DNA from: Chlorokybus atmophyticus
Lineage: Eukaryota; Plantae; Mesostigma and Chlorokybus algae
Direction of reading: 5' to 3'
Length of the DNA: 63,371 nt
Assembly: GCA_009103225.1 (NCBI GenBank)
Contig: RHPI01000638.1
Location: 682,630-746,000 of the forward strand
Numbering within the stretch: position 1 is the first letter of the stretch; every line of letters begins with the position of its first letter. The position numbers and the translations under genes were made by a program. Positions 36,417 through 48,367 of the stretch are shown here, piece after piece. The notes under the pieces are model-generated. The model did no database searches. It saw nothing but the letters and a program-made list of their open reading frames with translations, and was not told where the DNA came from.

Positions 36417-39400
36417 TTATATGCGACTAGTGTCTCGGCCAAACAGTTGCTTCTTCATCCAATCCATGACCACTAAGCAGCGGGTCCGCCAGCTGACTTG
36501 CATGCTTGCGTATGCTGCATACCTGCACAGTCATGCAAAGCACAACAGTCATTTTCAACCTTCATGCCAACAGTGCACAATCCTTGCATACTATATTATA
36601 CACAGCAAAACGCATCTCACCAGCACTTACCAAAGCCACATGGTTGTGACACCTGATGCCGCCAGATGCCAGAAGCCGGTCTCAGCAGATGCCTCCCCGC
36701 CGCCAATGGTAGCAAACTGTCCGAGGAAACGGTATTTGAATGGCGGCAGGCCTGACTCTTCACCGCCAGGCGTGCCCTGTTCGAATAGGGCCGGCTTGCG
36801 CGTCGCCTTGTTCAGCAGCTTGCCCAGATATCTCCCTTGCTGTGCAGCCACCTGCCATATTGCAACAGAGCTCTTATGCCATGCTGCAGTAGTTGTTCAG
36901 GCTTGCAGCGGAGTTGCTGCGACACTTGCGTAACGTACATGACAGCCAACCATAGTGTAGCCTGCAATGGTCAACAACATATAAAGCCAAACCTGAGCAG
37001 TGGCAGGCAGGTTCTTCATCTGCGAATCCACCTTCTTCAACGCCCGGGTAAAGTCCTGCACACAGGCAACACCTTACACTGAGGTCAACAGCTGCTGATA
37101 TGCTCATTGAAAAGGACAATGATGCCTGATGGGCGCACCTTGATATTCAGCTCATGCACGTCAGTGGTTTTGTCACAGAACTCATTTAACAAGTTCTGGA
37201 AGGTCTCTCGCTGGAGGTAAATGTCAATCTGAGGATACTGTTTCCTCAACGCTTCCATGGCCACCTCAAACTCTTTAAGAGACACCTGCATGTCAATGAG
37301 CATCGCATGAGCAAGTACACATGCAAACCGCATTGGCACATGCAGGATGTCAAGGGTATAAGTGTAAAAGACCATAGGAACGTTACCGTTCCACTGTTTT
37401 CAGTATCAGCCATGTTGAAAAGCTCCTTTGCATCTTTGTGCATCTGCTTGCCCGTGATGGTCGCGCAATCCCCCAATGCATAGACTCCCTTACAACCCCT
37501 CACCCTCAGCCACTCGTCTGTTGCAATGGCCCTGCGGTCCTCTTGGTCAATCTTCTCCATAAACTTGGCCACCAATGGTATTGTCCCTATGCCGGTGCTC
37601 CAAACACACAACCCGAATGGCAACTCAACCGTCCTGCAAACCAACCATGCAGCGTGTCAAGCATGTTGATTGACATAGCGGGGCTTACCCACAGTGGCAA
37701 CTGCACTAACCATACTCCTTACTGTGCGGGGTTTGCTTTTGGAGCTACCACGATGTGGTTTGGATACACTGCAGTCACTCGTTGGTTGGTTCGCACGTCA
37801 ATGGCATCTCGAGCAAACTTCTTCTCAGCATAAGTGCTTATGCTAGCATCGAATGAATTCTGTACATGAACACGTGGAATTAGAGGTTACCACAAACCGC
37901 ATGCGACTCTGAATACCGTATACTTGTATTCAGGAATGGCTTCTGCAATGCTGCCCTATTGCAAACGCACTACCAGCCCTACCAGTATGTGATCGCCGGA
38001 TTGAACAATCGTGATCATAGGCAAACCAGCGGTCTCAGGGTAGAGTCTTGCCAAATCCTCATGTAGGAAATCATTCAGCTCTGCTGCAAACTCAACACCT
38101 GCATTCGGCAGCACTTCAGCCTCTTTTGCACAGCCAAACCTTGCATGACATGCCATACACTTGTATAGGCTGATATAGCCCACACTGCCCTACCCAAAGT
38201 CCTCACTCAATGTCATAATGCAGTCAGTGCACATTGTTTTGCTGAACATAGCGCAACGTATGCACGCCTCAAGGGTTCTGCTCTGCTGTGCATGTCAGCC
38301 AAACAGCGGCAAATCATCACCTGTTGGGCCGCCTCCAACCACCACAAAGTGAAGCAGAACCTGACGCTGCTCATCGGTGAGACCCGGCAGAACTGCTGTT
38401 TCGAAGCAGTCTATTATCCTCCCGCGAATCTCCCTCGCATCTGGAACCTGCACGTGGTGTTGCTGTAAGCCAGACACTCAACAACAGGCATACAGTTGCA
38501 TGACAATGCATTCAAGCAGCTACTGGGTATGTTTATGGGCATCAAGCACACAACCCACACAACTGTCATACCTCCTTCAAGAACAAACAGTACTCGTTGA
38601 CGCCAGGAGTGTTGAAAGTGTTGTTCTGTGCGCCAACGCTGATGACCAGCAAGTCATAGTCTAGGCTGAACGCGGCTCCTGCAGGAGCTGTGATGTTGGT
38701 GCGATCAACGCAAGCAATCTTCTTTGTCTGCAAGCACATACGCTTCTGTTATTGCGATTAATACACCTGGTGCACTGGCTGCTATGATGTATGACATCAG
38801 TGCACAGAGTACCTACAAGCATGAGTGCGGACCTCTGGGTCTATGTTCACGCATTCGGCCTCAAAGTAGCGGGCATCAGTGGACTTTGTGCGCCTGAGGA
38901 GGCGTCGGATGGGTTCAATGACGGACCGGTTCTCAACCGTCCCGACTGTCATGCCCGGCAGGAGCGGCGTCATGAGAAAGTAGTTGCGCGGGGACACCAC
39001 TGTTACATCATAGTTGTGCACGTCCAGCTCCTTCAGCACGCTCACCGCTCCCCAACCAGTGCCCAATACCACCAACCTCGGCTTTTTCTACAGTACAAGC
39101 AGTTGATGTGTATTGCTACCTATGTAACTGGTTCTCATGTAACGAACGTTATGTCCAATCACAATGAACATCGAAGCAGTGTGTTCTGGTTGTAACAATT
39201 AAAGAAGGATAAGTGTTCCTGTGACTGATCGGCAGTGATTGAAGGTAAGCTGATCTCAATGCGATGATACAAGATAACGGTATGTGCGTGCTACATGCTT
39301 GTTGCATGCGTCTCATACTAGTGGCAAGAAGTCATCAAGCTCGAAGAGACCGGTGTCAACAAATACCCGAGCATGCATTGACCAGCAGCACAGCTAGGTA

Positions 39401-39835
39401 CAGCATCGTGCATTGCAAGTGCACAAGTTGGTCATAATTCTCATGCGCTGAAATGCAGCACTGCATGCACCCAACTTGAGGTGCAGTGCTCTCACACACC
39501 TGCTGTGCAGCATCCTGTGCGTCCGCAATGGCAACATTCGGTCTTGTCAGGCTGCCGAGCGCCGTGAGAGGGGCCAGCCACTGCGATTGCGGGCGACCGT
39601 CAACGGCTTGGCAACTGCCGTAAGTGTAAGCGCCAGCTGCAGCTACTGCCCCCGCAGCGGCGAAACCGACTGTAGCATACGTAGCAGTCCGCTTAGTCCA
39701 AAACCCATGCTGCTGCTGCTGCTGCTGATTGCCAGCAGCTGCAACTGCAGCAGCTTGGCTGTTTTTGTGCGCCGCTTTCCAGCCGGAGGTGAAGTAGCGC
39801 CCACGATCAAACAGGCGCACGAGCCCCCGCCTCAT
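36417..39835 (-). CDS. Type II NAD(P)H:quinone oxidoreductase, NDB-like with an EF-hand insertion
   Basis: Presequence-like N-terminus, [56 protein letters not shown]-hand [28 protein letters not shown] and the conserved end [21 protein letters not shown]. Confidence 0.95.
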
Positions 39836-40197
39836 CCTGCCGCACGCAAGCCAGCCTGGCTACGGCCCCCAAACAAAGCCAAGCTGCTGTTGTATTCTAT
39901 TTCAAGCGGGCGGACTAGCGAGCATTGCGAATGCGAGAAGCAGCTATGCTTCTGCAAGTGGTGTCGCCTGCGCAGGAGGAAGACCAGGAAGGGGCAACAA
40001 TGACGAGCGGCGGCGAAGGCGGCGGCGGAGGCCGGACAAGCCAGCGACAACGCCTGTCTGCTAGACGGTCCCTTACAGCTGCTCCGGGTAGTCCTTTCGC
40101 ATCTGCTGTAGTCTGGCGGGCGCCAAAATCGGTCGGCGCACTCGTAGCCTTCAACACAGTTTATAGTAAGTGTTATTGCCAATCCTGCCGCAGTTGC

Positions 40198-40270
40198 GAC
40201 TCCATGGCCCAATGGATAAGGCGCCAGCCTACGGAGCTGGAGATTCTGGGTTCGATCCCCAGTGGAGTCG
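40198..40270 (+). tRNA. tRNA-Arg (anticodon ACG), 73 nt
   Basis: Acceptor stem GACTCCA/TGGAGTC, D arm, anticodon stem CCAGC-CTACGGA-GCTGG, T loop GGTTCGATCC and a TTTT terminator at about 40280. Confidence 0.97.
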
Positions 40271-40556
40271 AGGGAAACCTTTTGCCTCACCATGGTAACT
40301 GTGTCTTCCCAACAAACGTTTTCGGTACTCCGGTAGGCCTAGTTGTGACTGTTCACGAAGTACTAAAGATCTTCCTGCTTATTGTACCCTCTGGGTTCGA
40401 TCCCCAGTGGAGTTGCTGACACCTTTTGCCTCACTAAAAGGCGCTTCAATGTAATTATGGTAATTGTGTCTAAGCAACGGATGTTTTCGGTACTCCGGTA
40501 GGCCTAGTTGTGACGGCTGTTCAAAAACTACTAAGATCTTCGTGTTCATTGTACCC
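40246..40556 (+). repeat. Tandem duplication of the tRNA 3' end plus trailer (40246-40389 and 40391-40556)
   Basis: Both units start ctgggttcgatccccagtggagt and share ccttttgcctcac, gttttcggtactccggtaggcctagttgtgac and attgtaccc. The second unit is about 22 nt longer. Confidence 0.9.
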
Positions 40557-40873
40557 CAATCAATTTTATTGCTAATCACTTCCTTGACACACAAATTACA
40601 GCACAAAACCTTAGTCTCAAGTTATAACACAGAATCAAAGAATCAAAAATGTAATTTTGATGTTATTGCACGGCTTTTGTTAGGAGAAAAGGCAACCTTT
40701 ATCAAAAAACCTTGCTTAGACTGTGCTGACGGGCTATCATAGCATGTCATCACGCTGTGACATAAATGTCTTGCTACTACTCTAACATATGTTCATCTTG
40801 TATACAGCATAAATGCATACCATCTTACTGATATGTTCCGTGGGTTAATACCACAAATCTTCCCTTCTAAGCG

Positions 40874-41076
40874 GCAGAGTAAGTTACGACCAAGTTAATA
40901 GTAACGTACTTTATTGTTAGCAAAGGAAGGGTTGATACCAAAAACCTTTTCTTTAATTTGCAGAGTAAGTTACTATCAAGTGATGACGTATGTTTTCGGT
41001 AGCAAAGGAAAGGTTGATACCATAAACCTTTGCTTTGAAACCAAAAACAATTTACTAAAGTAGTAGTAACTTACTC
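40874..41076. repeat. Imperfect 86-bp-period direct repeat plus an inverted copy of its start
   Basis: gcagagtaagttac at 40874 and 40960, each followed by tagcaaaggaa.ggttgatacca.aaaccttt; gtaacttactc at 41066-41076 is the reverse complement. Confidence 0.65.
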
Positions 41077-42840
41077 CGTTGCGATTTGTTGCTAGGCGTA
41101 GTAAGAAGGAATATGTATGATAAAACGATGTTTACATTCTATTATAGCATATCAAAGTTATAGACGTGTTGTTATATTTACATCTCCGTGAGATATGTAG
41201 CATACATAGCATACTTCCCTACTCATCCGTTTTTGTCCATCATAACCGAAGTTTGACGAAATTCTTGAGGCGATCATGATAAATTTTGAAAAAGCAGTTC
41301 GCCAACAATTCTTTAACTTAAAGTTCGCTTGGCTATCGATATATGCATGCCGGGCATCCCTGCTGAAGTCAATGCAAGCAGACACTTGCTTTCACTACTT
41401 GTCATATACGCACCACTTTTAACATAAAGTATCATACAGCAGATAATAGCACGAACACACTCACAGCATGGACACATGCACTTGCAGTTGCACACGCATA
41501 CGCACACACACACACACACGCATGCGCACCCACGCACATGCGCATGCACACGCACGCATGCACAAACGAAAAAGGACCCCTCCCCATTAACCATTGCATA
41601 ATTACAACACCGAAGGGGTCGGCTATGGGGACTAATCATGTGCAATGCAAGACGGGCATGAGCAACAGCAAGCAGGGAATGTGGGACCAACGCAAGCAAA
41701 GGCAGTGTCCACATCACACATACACAACGCGTGTGTACCGGAAATCGTAGACGCTGTTGCGTGCATGCAATAGTGCAACACACATTTGAACATGTTGCAC
41801 AATGCACATTAACAACGTACGTCAACAACATACATACTCACCTACTTTACACATGTTCGTCCACCGGGCTACCTACCCTACCCACTCTACTCCTACCCTG
41901 TTAGTCATGCCAGCATGCATGTGCAGCCCTTGTTACCTGCACCCAGGCTGTTGGTCAGCGGCCCATCTCTCCAATGTTGCCGCAGTAGCAGACTCACCGG
42001 ACTCCCCCCTCCTCGCAAGTGTGTATGCCACTTGCATTGAGCCTATTGGACAGCTTGTGCAACTAGACGCGTGCAGACCACGACTTGCATGCCCATGCAC
42101 AGTCACTGCTCAGCACCAATGTAGCAGTCACCAGGTACATGTACAGGATCTCCAACTCTAATTTCTATGCATGGCATACAAGGGAAGCACGTTGCAATGA
42201 GCAAGCACAACAAGAGCCAGCAAGCACAACAGACCAAAGGGGCGAACAATGAAGGCTGGGGTCAGCTTACACTATGTGCTGTAGCTAAGGGCATGCGTAC
42301 GGAGAGGGCAGTAGCAGGCAAGTAGCGGTCGAATGTAGCAAGCAAAACAACCAACCTGTTGCAATGTGAGCGAGATGTACCTTGGACACGCACTCAGCAG
42401 TGGGAGTTAAATGAACTAGAGCCGCGTACGCGCCTCTCCTAATGCAGAGGCGCAGTGGCAAAGAGAGGAGAAAGAGCAGAGGTGTGAGAACATGCCACGA
42501 CAATATGAGCATGCCCAATGCGAGCATGTAAATAAAATAAACCCTCCAACCTTTTACGCCACGAACACATGCCCACCACGTTTTTGTCAACACCAGCCCA
42601 ATCGCAACCAAGATTTATCATGACTGCTGCAAACCAGTGTCATTGTGGTGCACATAATGTGGATGACCAACATCACTGTCGGCTTTAACCACCCTTGCTA
42701 TGACCACCAATCAGAGGGCCTGCACACCAACAGGCAGGACGGGCGTCCAGCAGGTGCAGACACATTATGATGAATGTTGTCCTACCGCACTTTCCTGCCT
42801 ACAGAATAGTGGTCATCAACCGCCACAGCTGTTTGGCCCA

Positions 42841-45800
42841 TCACAACTGTTTCCCAAAATACTTTGGCCGATCAAACACATGGTATCGATGCCCGCGCGT
42901 TCCTTGGCCATAAAACTGCCGCGGGAAGCGCAGATGCAACGAGACAGCAGCCTCAGCCACCTCCTCATGGAAATCTGCTGTCTGCGTGGATACCATTCTG
43001 AATCTCGCAACTTGCAGCTCCGTGTCCGTTATGCCCCCGTGGCTCACGCGCGCGTAGCCAACCCTCTGCAGACCCTTGTACGCGATGTACTCGCACCAGC
43101 GATCGGAGTCCGTGGGGTCGATGTCCTTCACGCCCTCTGTGCCATTGATCAACACGTGGTAGTTGCCTTCGTGTGGCTTCGTGACAACATACCCAATGAA
43201 CACAACCGGGTTCTTTGCCTATACATAAGAAACAACATATCAGTTACAAGACACAAGTTGAATAGTAAAAAAGCAGTGTACGAGCTCTGCTTGCTATCAG
43301 CGAGAGTGTGTGTATCTGTGTCTTACTGTGCGCAAGATGCGTGCGAGTTCTTTCGTCTGCAGCTCTCTGTCAAGCACGTCTTCCTCCTGGCCGTTGTGGG
43401 CGACCACCACGTCAAGCTTGCGGCCGTACACGTCCAGCGTCGCATGTATGGCGCACGCGATCTCACCCACTGGAGATGGCAGCGAGTGGTGTTCGCTCCA
43501 CAAGATTGGATACTTTGACAGCAATGCGCACCTAAGCGACAGACATTACACATAAGAAGAAATGCACACATAAGTCACAATGCAGACAGTGTGAGGTCCT
43601 GCTTCTTTCAAAGTGCACAGCGTACTTGCCATGCAATGTTGATGAATTGCACTTGCATGTGCTGTACGACTAGATACGGTCACCTTAAGTAAAGGTTGTG
43701 TTTGCCAAGAACCAGTTGTTGCATGGACAGGGCGTGAAACAATGGTTCGTGACTCTCACCCCCAGGTGTGGTTGCGTGTGGCAGGGCCGTAGTCCACATG
43801 CATGCGCAGATGTTCTCCCATCCACTGCACGAAGTCACGGTTGCCCATCCACATGCGCATGCTGTCCGACTCCAGCAACCCGATGATGTCCATGTCCAAC
43901 TCCTACGGCATGGACACATTAAGTCAGAGTACATACAGTGTATGTCGTGTCCGCATGCGTGTCCGCTTGTGTTGGCGCGCATGTAAACGTATGGTTCTGT
44001 GTCCTAAGATGTATCTTTATGATACAGGTATGCCGTATTGGGCGTACCTGTATCACGTCGACCATTCGCTGGTGACTGGCCCACATGTCGCTGTCGTAGC
44101 CAAAATGCACGGCCCAGATGCCGGCAGTGAACACTCCGGGCTCTTTGGATTTGACCGGTTGATAGTCTGTGCAGATGGGAGCATTATGTCCACCCTGTCT
44201 ACTGCAACAACTACTTGGCACACACACAATCACAAGCCACCACGAAGCAACCAAGCACGTGCTTGAACATCACCACACATGCTAACGCAAATTGGCGTGC
44301 TGAATGTGAATAAACGACCATAATGGTATAGAAAAAGGACAGCTAAGATATGCTATACCAACTGGGAGAGGAAAGACGCAACAACCAGTGTGTCCACTTG
44401 TACACTGCATGTTTGCATATGTCACATCACACTCACCAGCAGGCACGGGTCTTCGCGTGGCGGCCGCCCCGAGCATCAACACAAGCACAAACAGGGTCCC
44501 GAGCCTTAGCCTCAGCTTCTCTCTTCGCTTCTTCTCTTGCGTCAACCCGCCGAACAGCGGCGTGCTGCCGACGGCGCCAAAGTACAGTCCCAGCATCGCG
44601 CCCGCGAGGACGAGAGATATTCTCTCGCGCATGTAAACACCGAGCGGCACGAACGCGTACGCGACCGTCCACACATAACCAAAGGTCAGGAGGTAGAAGA
44701 GGAGGAGACCCACGAGGAGGGTGCGGCCGGGAGGGTTTGCGCTGATGCGGTTGATAATAGCAGGCCACACGGACCCAACGTACACGGCGAGTATCACCCC
44801 ACCTGCAATATGGTTCACAGAGAGCAAGAGGACTGTGTTTTGTGTACACGCAGTGCAATGCGCACAGTCCAGCATGCATCTCACTAACACACCTCTGCGT
44901 AACTCCAACTGCCATATCAGCTGCACAAACAAGCTATGCATGCTTCGGGTATGTTGGTCACGCTGTGCCAAGGTTTTACCAAGAGACAGTGAGACAAGTT
45001 GTCACGACACACAACCTGTCACAACATACACATGTGGTTGCGCACCAGCGAATCCGTAGTATGTTGGTGCCGTGTATAACAGCGTCGCCCCTACGGCAGC
45101 GACGGCCCACCAGAGGGACGTTGTGACCCACATCTGGTCCGACGCAGCCACGCCTAGCGCGAGGGCACTGATCACAACCACGCCCCACGGGTACGGATCC
45201 GGCCCGCGGTCTGGGTGACCCGCCACGACCCAACGCGACACCACGGAAGCTTCAGAGAAGATAAACTGCGTCACAAACACGACGCTGCCGAAGCCGAGAC
45301 CCGCTGAGAAAAAGGTGCCATTGGTAACCGGCTTCGAAGGTGTTGGGTCTGAGGGTGGCTTGCGAGTGTTGAGGGTGCGAACTAACATTGCCAAACAGGC
45401 AATGCATGCACCTGGACAAGAGACAGTCTATCAACTATGTGGAGTATAACAAGCAAGGTAGGCGTGGCCGACACAGCACAGCAACAGAACAACATATAAC
45501 AAAATACCATCACTCCTGTGGTGGTAAAAGCTTTAGTGTTGATATACTCTTGTTATACTGTTGTCATAATGCTGATTCGCTGTCACTACGATATGTAGTT
45601 GTTGTGAGGTGGTATGAGCTACAGTACACCACAAATCAACTACATACCGCAGTAACGACAGGTCAACATTACCTGCGAGATACACAGCGTTCTGCCCGCC
45701 ATTGTTTGCGCGCATGATCGGCCAAGCGGGGTTGTTGGTGACATGTGCGAAGCGCACGACAAGGGATAGTATCAACCCGAGGAGGTGTCCAACAATCGCT

Positions 45801-47843
45801 CTATCCTTTGCTTCATCCTTGAGATAGAATGCGCCCGTAACGGCGAGCGTGTCGAATGCAACACCGATGCCGGTAATACCCAACCTTCTTGCGGGGTCGG
45901 GCACGAGATAAGCCGCGAGGCCAGAGAGTGAGAGAAAATGTAGAAGCCATTTGATTGATGATATGGATGAACGCAAGCGCTTGATTACGAGCAACGGGGC
46001 CGTCGACATGGCGAGGATGGCCACCTCGTAGCCGGAAAGCCCCATGTTGAAGAGGGGGAAGTACCATATGCACACGTAGAGAGCCGTGTTGAGGGTCCAG
46101 GACACGAAGCCCAAGTAGACGTCGGAGGCAAGCCCGAGGGTGGATAGGATGAATGAGGATGATGATGTTGGGATATTGTCTCCTTTTCCACCGACTGCAG
46201 GTTGGGAAGGCGAGTGAGAAGCATCACCATTCCCTGCGTTCAACCTGGAGACAGTTTGGACACACGCACGCAAACACACTCACAACAATCACGTTTACAA
46301 CACAACAGTTGCATAATTGTTCACACGCAGCAGCTAAACATGAGTTTGACAACGTCAGGTTTGCACTGCTGTTTAGCTTTACCATTGCACAATCAGTTGT
46401 GTGACTGTATGAGGTTTTCATGGTCAACAACGCACTTGGCAGCGTGTATGTTGGGTTAAGGCGTGGCTTTGGAAAGTTTGCAGTGCTCAGTCCATTGCAA
46501 ATCAAACAAGCATGTTATGCTCAGCACCTCTTTTCTGCGGTGGTGTCCTCTACAACAATCCTCAAAGTGGCAAAGTCGGCAATCATGGTGGCATCGAAGC
46601 CGACATCTATCACGACAAGCGCCCACTCGGCAAAGGCGTACAGTGTGTAAGCACCCGGTACAGCATGCAACTGCATACAGGACACATGTTAGACTGATGA
46701 TCAACAACAGCAACAACAACAACAATAATAGCAACTCACACACCCACGCGCACGCATACGCGCACACACATATTCCCACCTTATGCTGGAGAAAGTAATA
46801 GACAAGCGGCACCAGATTGACGAGAAACGCCAGCAGCACCAGCAGCTTGTTGCGGACTAGGCGGCGATCTTGGGGTGTTAGCGGAGAGCGCGCGGCGTAC
46901 ATTAGCCACGGCACGAAGATGTAGCTGAGCAAAGACAACACCAAGTACGACACCATCGTCACATCGTGAACAAAGTGATCATCACACGAGGTGAAGAAGA
47001 TCCACCCGCCGGCTGTTCACAAACAAGCAGAATGAGTGCCTTCCTCACACATGCTCAGTCAACGGTATTTACATAATGCTGAACAACAGCGTGCACAATG
47101 TGCACAGCACCTGTCTTTGCACTTAACGACTGTTGGTTTACATAACAGGGGCATGCATTGCCAATGTGACTGTTTGTCAAAGTTGTTCAATGCTCATACC
47201 AACCTGCGAGCGTTCTTAGGACGGTGAGAAGCGTGACCGCGGCATTGTATGCCATCAACCTCTTGCCCCGACGCTCGCTGTCGCCTTTTATTAACACGAA
47301 AAACAGTGCGCTCAACAACAGCCTGCATGCAATGGGGTCAACACAACGACCAGCACGCCATGCTGAACTCACACTTTGCACACAAAACCATTGCCTGGAC
47401 AATGTGAACAACTTTGCAGATATGGTAGCAGCCACATGCGGCCCCTACAGACTTAAACTCAACCCAAACCCTAGCCTTGGGCTGCTTGCCTTGGGCCAGC
47501 GGCGGCTGCCATGCCGATCTGGAAGACATTGCGTTCGGGGTACCAGTCGCCTATGGTGGCGCTGATGCTGGGGAACCACTCCACTGGCCAGCCGAAATGC
47601 TCATTCTTCACAACCTGAGAACAAAAACAAAAGCCAAGTTGATGGCACAGCAATGCATGCTTCAATGCCATGGCAAAAAGCAAGCAGCACTTTGCGGCAA
47701 GCATGCATGTGTTGGTGCCTGACCTTAAGAAAATGCAGGGAGCACGTGATGACCAGGGCGGCGGCGAACGACGCGTACACCACTCCGGCGTGCAGCCATG
47801 CGAAGATGGACGCCGGCAGCGTCGCCACCACCCTCGCCCCCAT
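42841..47843 (-). CDS. CWH43: CWH43 / PGAP2-interacting protein (GPI lipid remodelling): Frag1-like N-terminus, multi-TM core and endonuclease/exonuclease/phosphatase-like C-terminus
   Basis: [129 protein letters not shown] and [10 protein letters not shown]. Confidence 0.92.
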
Positions 47844-47860
47844 GGCGGACGACGTCACCG

Positions 47861-48181
47861 CCGCCGCTGCTGAGGCGGTGACTTCGCCACTGTACCCGCC
47901 AAAAGCCTAAGCATGTATATAATGCGCGTTCACATAAAGGATGCAACATGGCTCAAGTGGACACAATCTCTTCTTTCCGAAGTCAATTGAGCGCCGCAGC
48001 GGCACTCGCGTCCTAGCGTTTTCCGCCGCTGCTGAGGCGGTGACTTCGCCACTGTACCCGCCAAAGCCTAAGCATGTATAATGCGCGTTCACATAAAGGA
48101 TGCAAAATGGCTCAAGTGGACACAATCTCTTCTTTCCGAAGTCATTTGAGCGCCGCAGCGGCACTCGCGTCCTAGCGTTTT
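47861..48181 (+). repeat. Near-identical tandem duplication (162 + 159 bp) between the divergent CWH43 and EEF1AKMT1 starts
   Basis: ccgccgctgctgaggcggtg...ctagcgtttt at 47861-48022 and 48023-48181; the copies differ by two small indels and two substitutions. Confidence 0.93.
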
Positions 48182-48367
48182 CATAGCCGAGATTTGAACC
48201 CGAAACCTGTCGCACAGCAAGCAATGCAATTGCCCACTGCACTAGAGGTCCAGATCACATCTGTATTTAGAAAACAAAGCAATACTATATCGTTAACGTT
48301 TCTGTCATGGTTGAGGGCGTGGACGGCAGTGGCGGCGGTCGCCTTGTTGTTGCTGTATTTGGTCGCC

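Noticed and set aside
41900-42620. Hydrophobic ORFs and splice-like signals downstream of CWH43
   Set aside because: No recognisable motif or coherent exon chain; may be 3' UTR.
35634-48181. CRISPR-like or satellite interpretation of the short direct repeats
   Set aside because: Each repeat has only two units, there are no spacer arrays or cas genes, and the context is eukaryotic.
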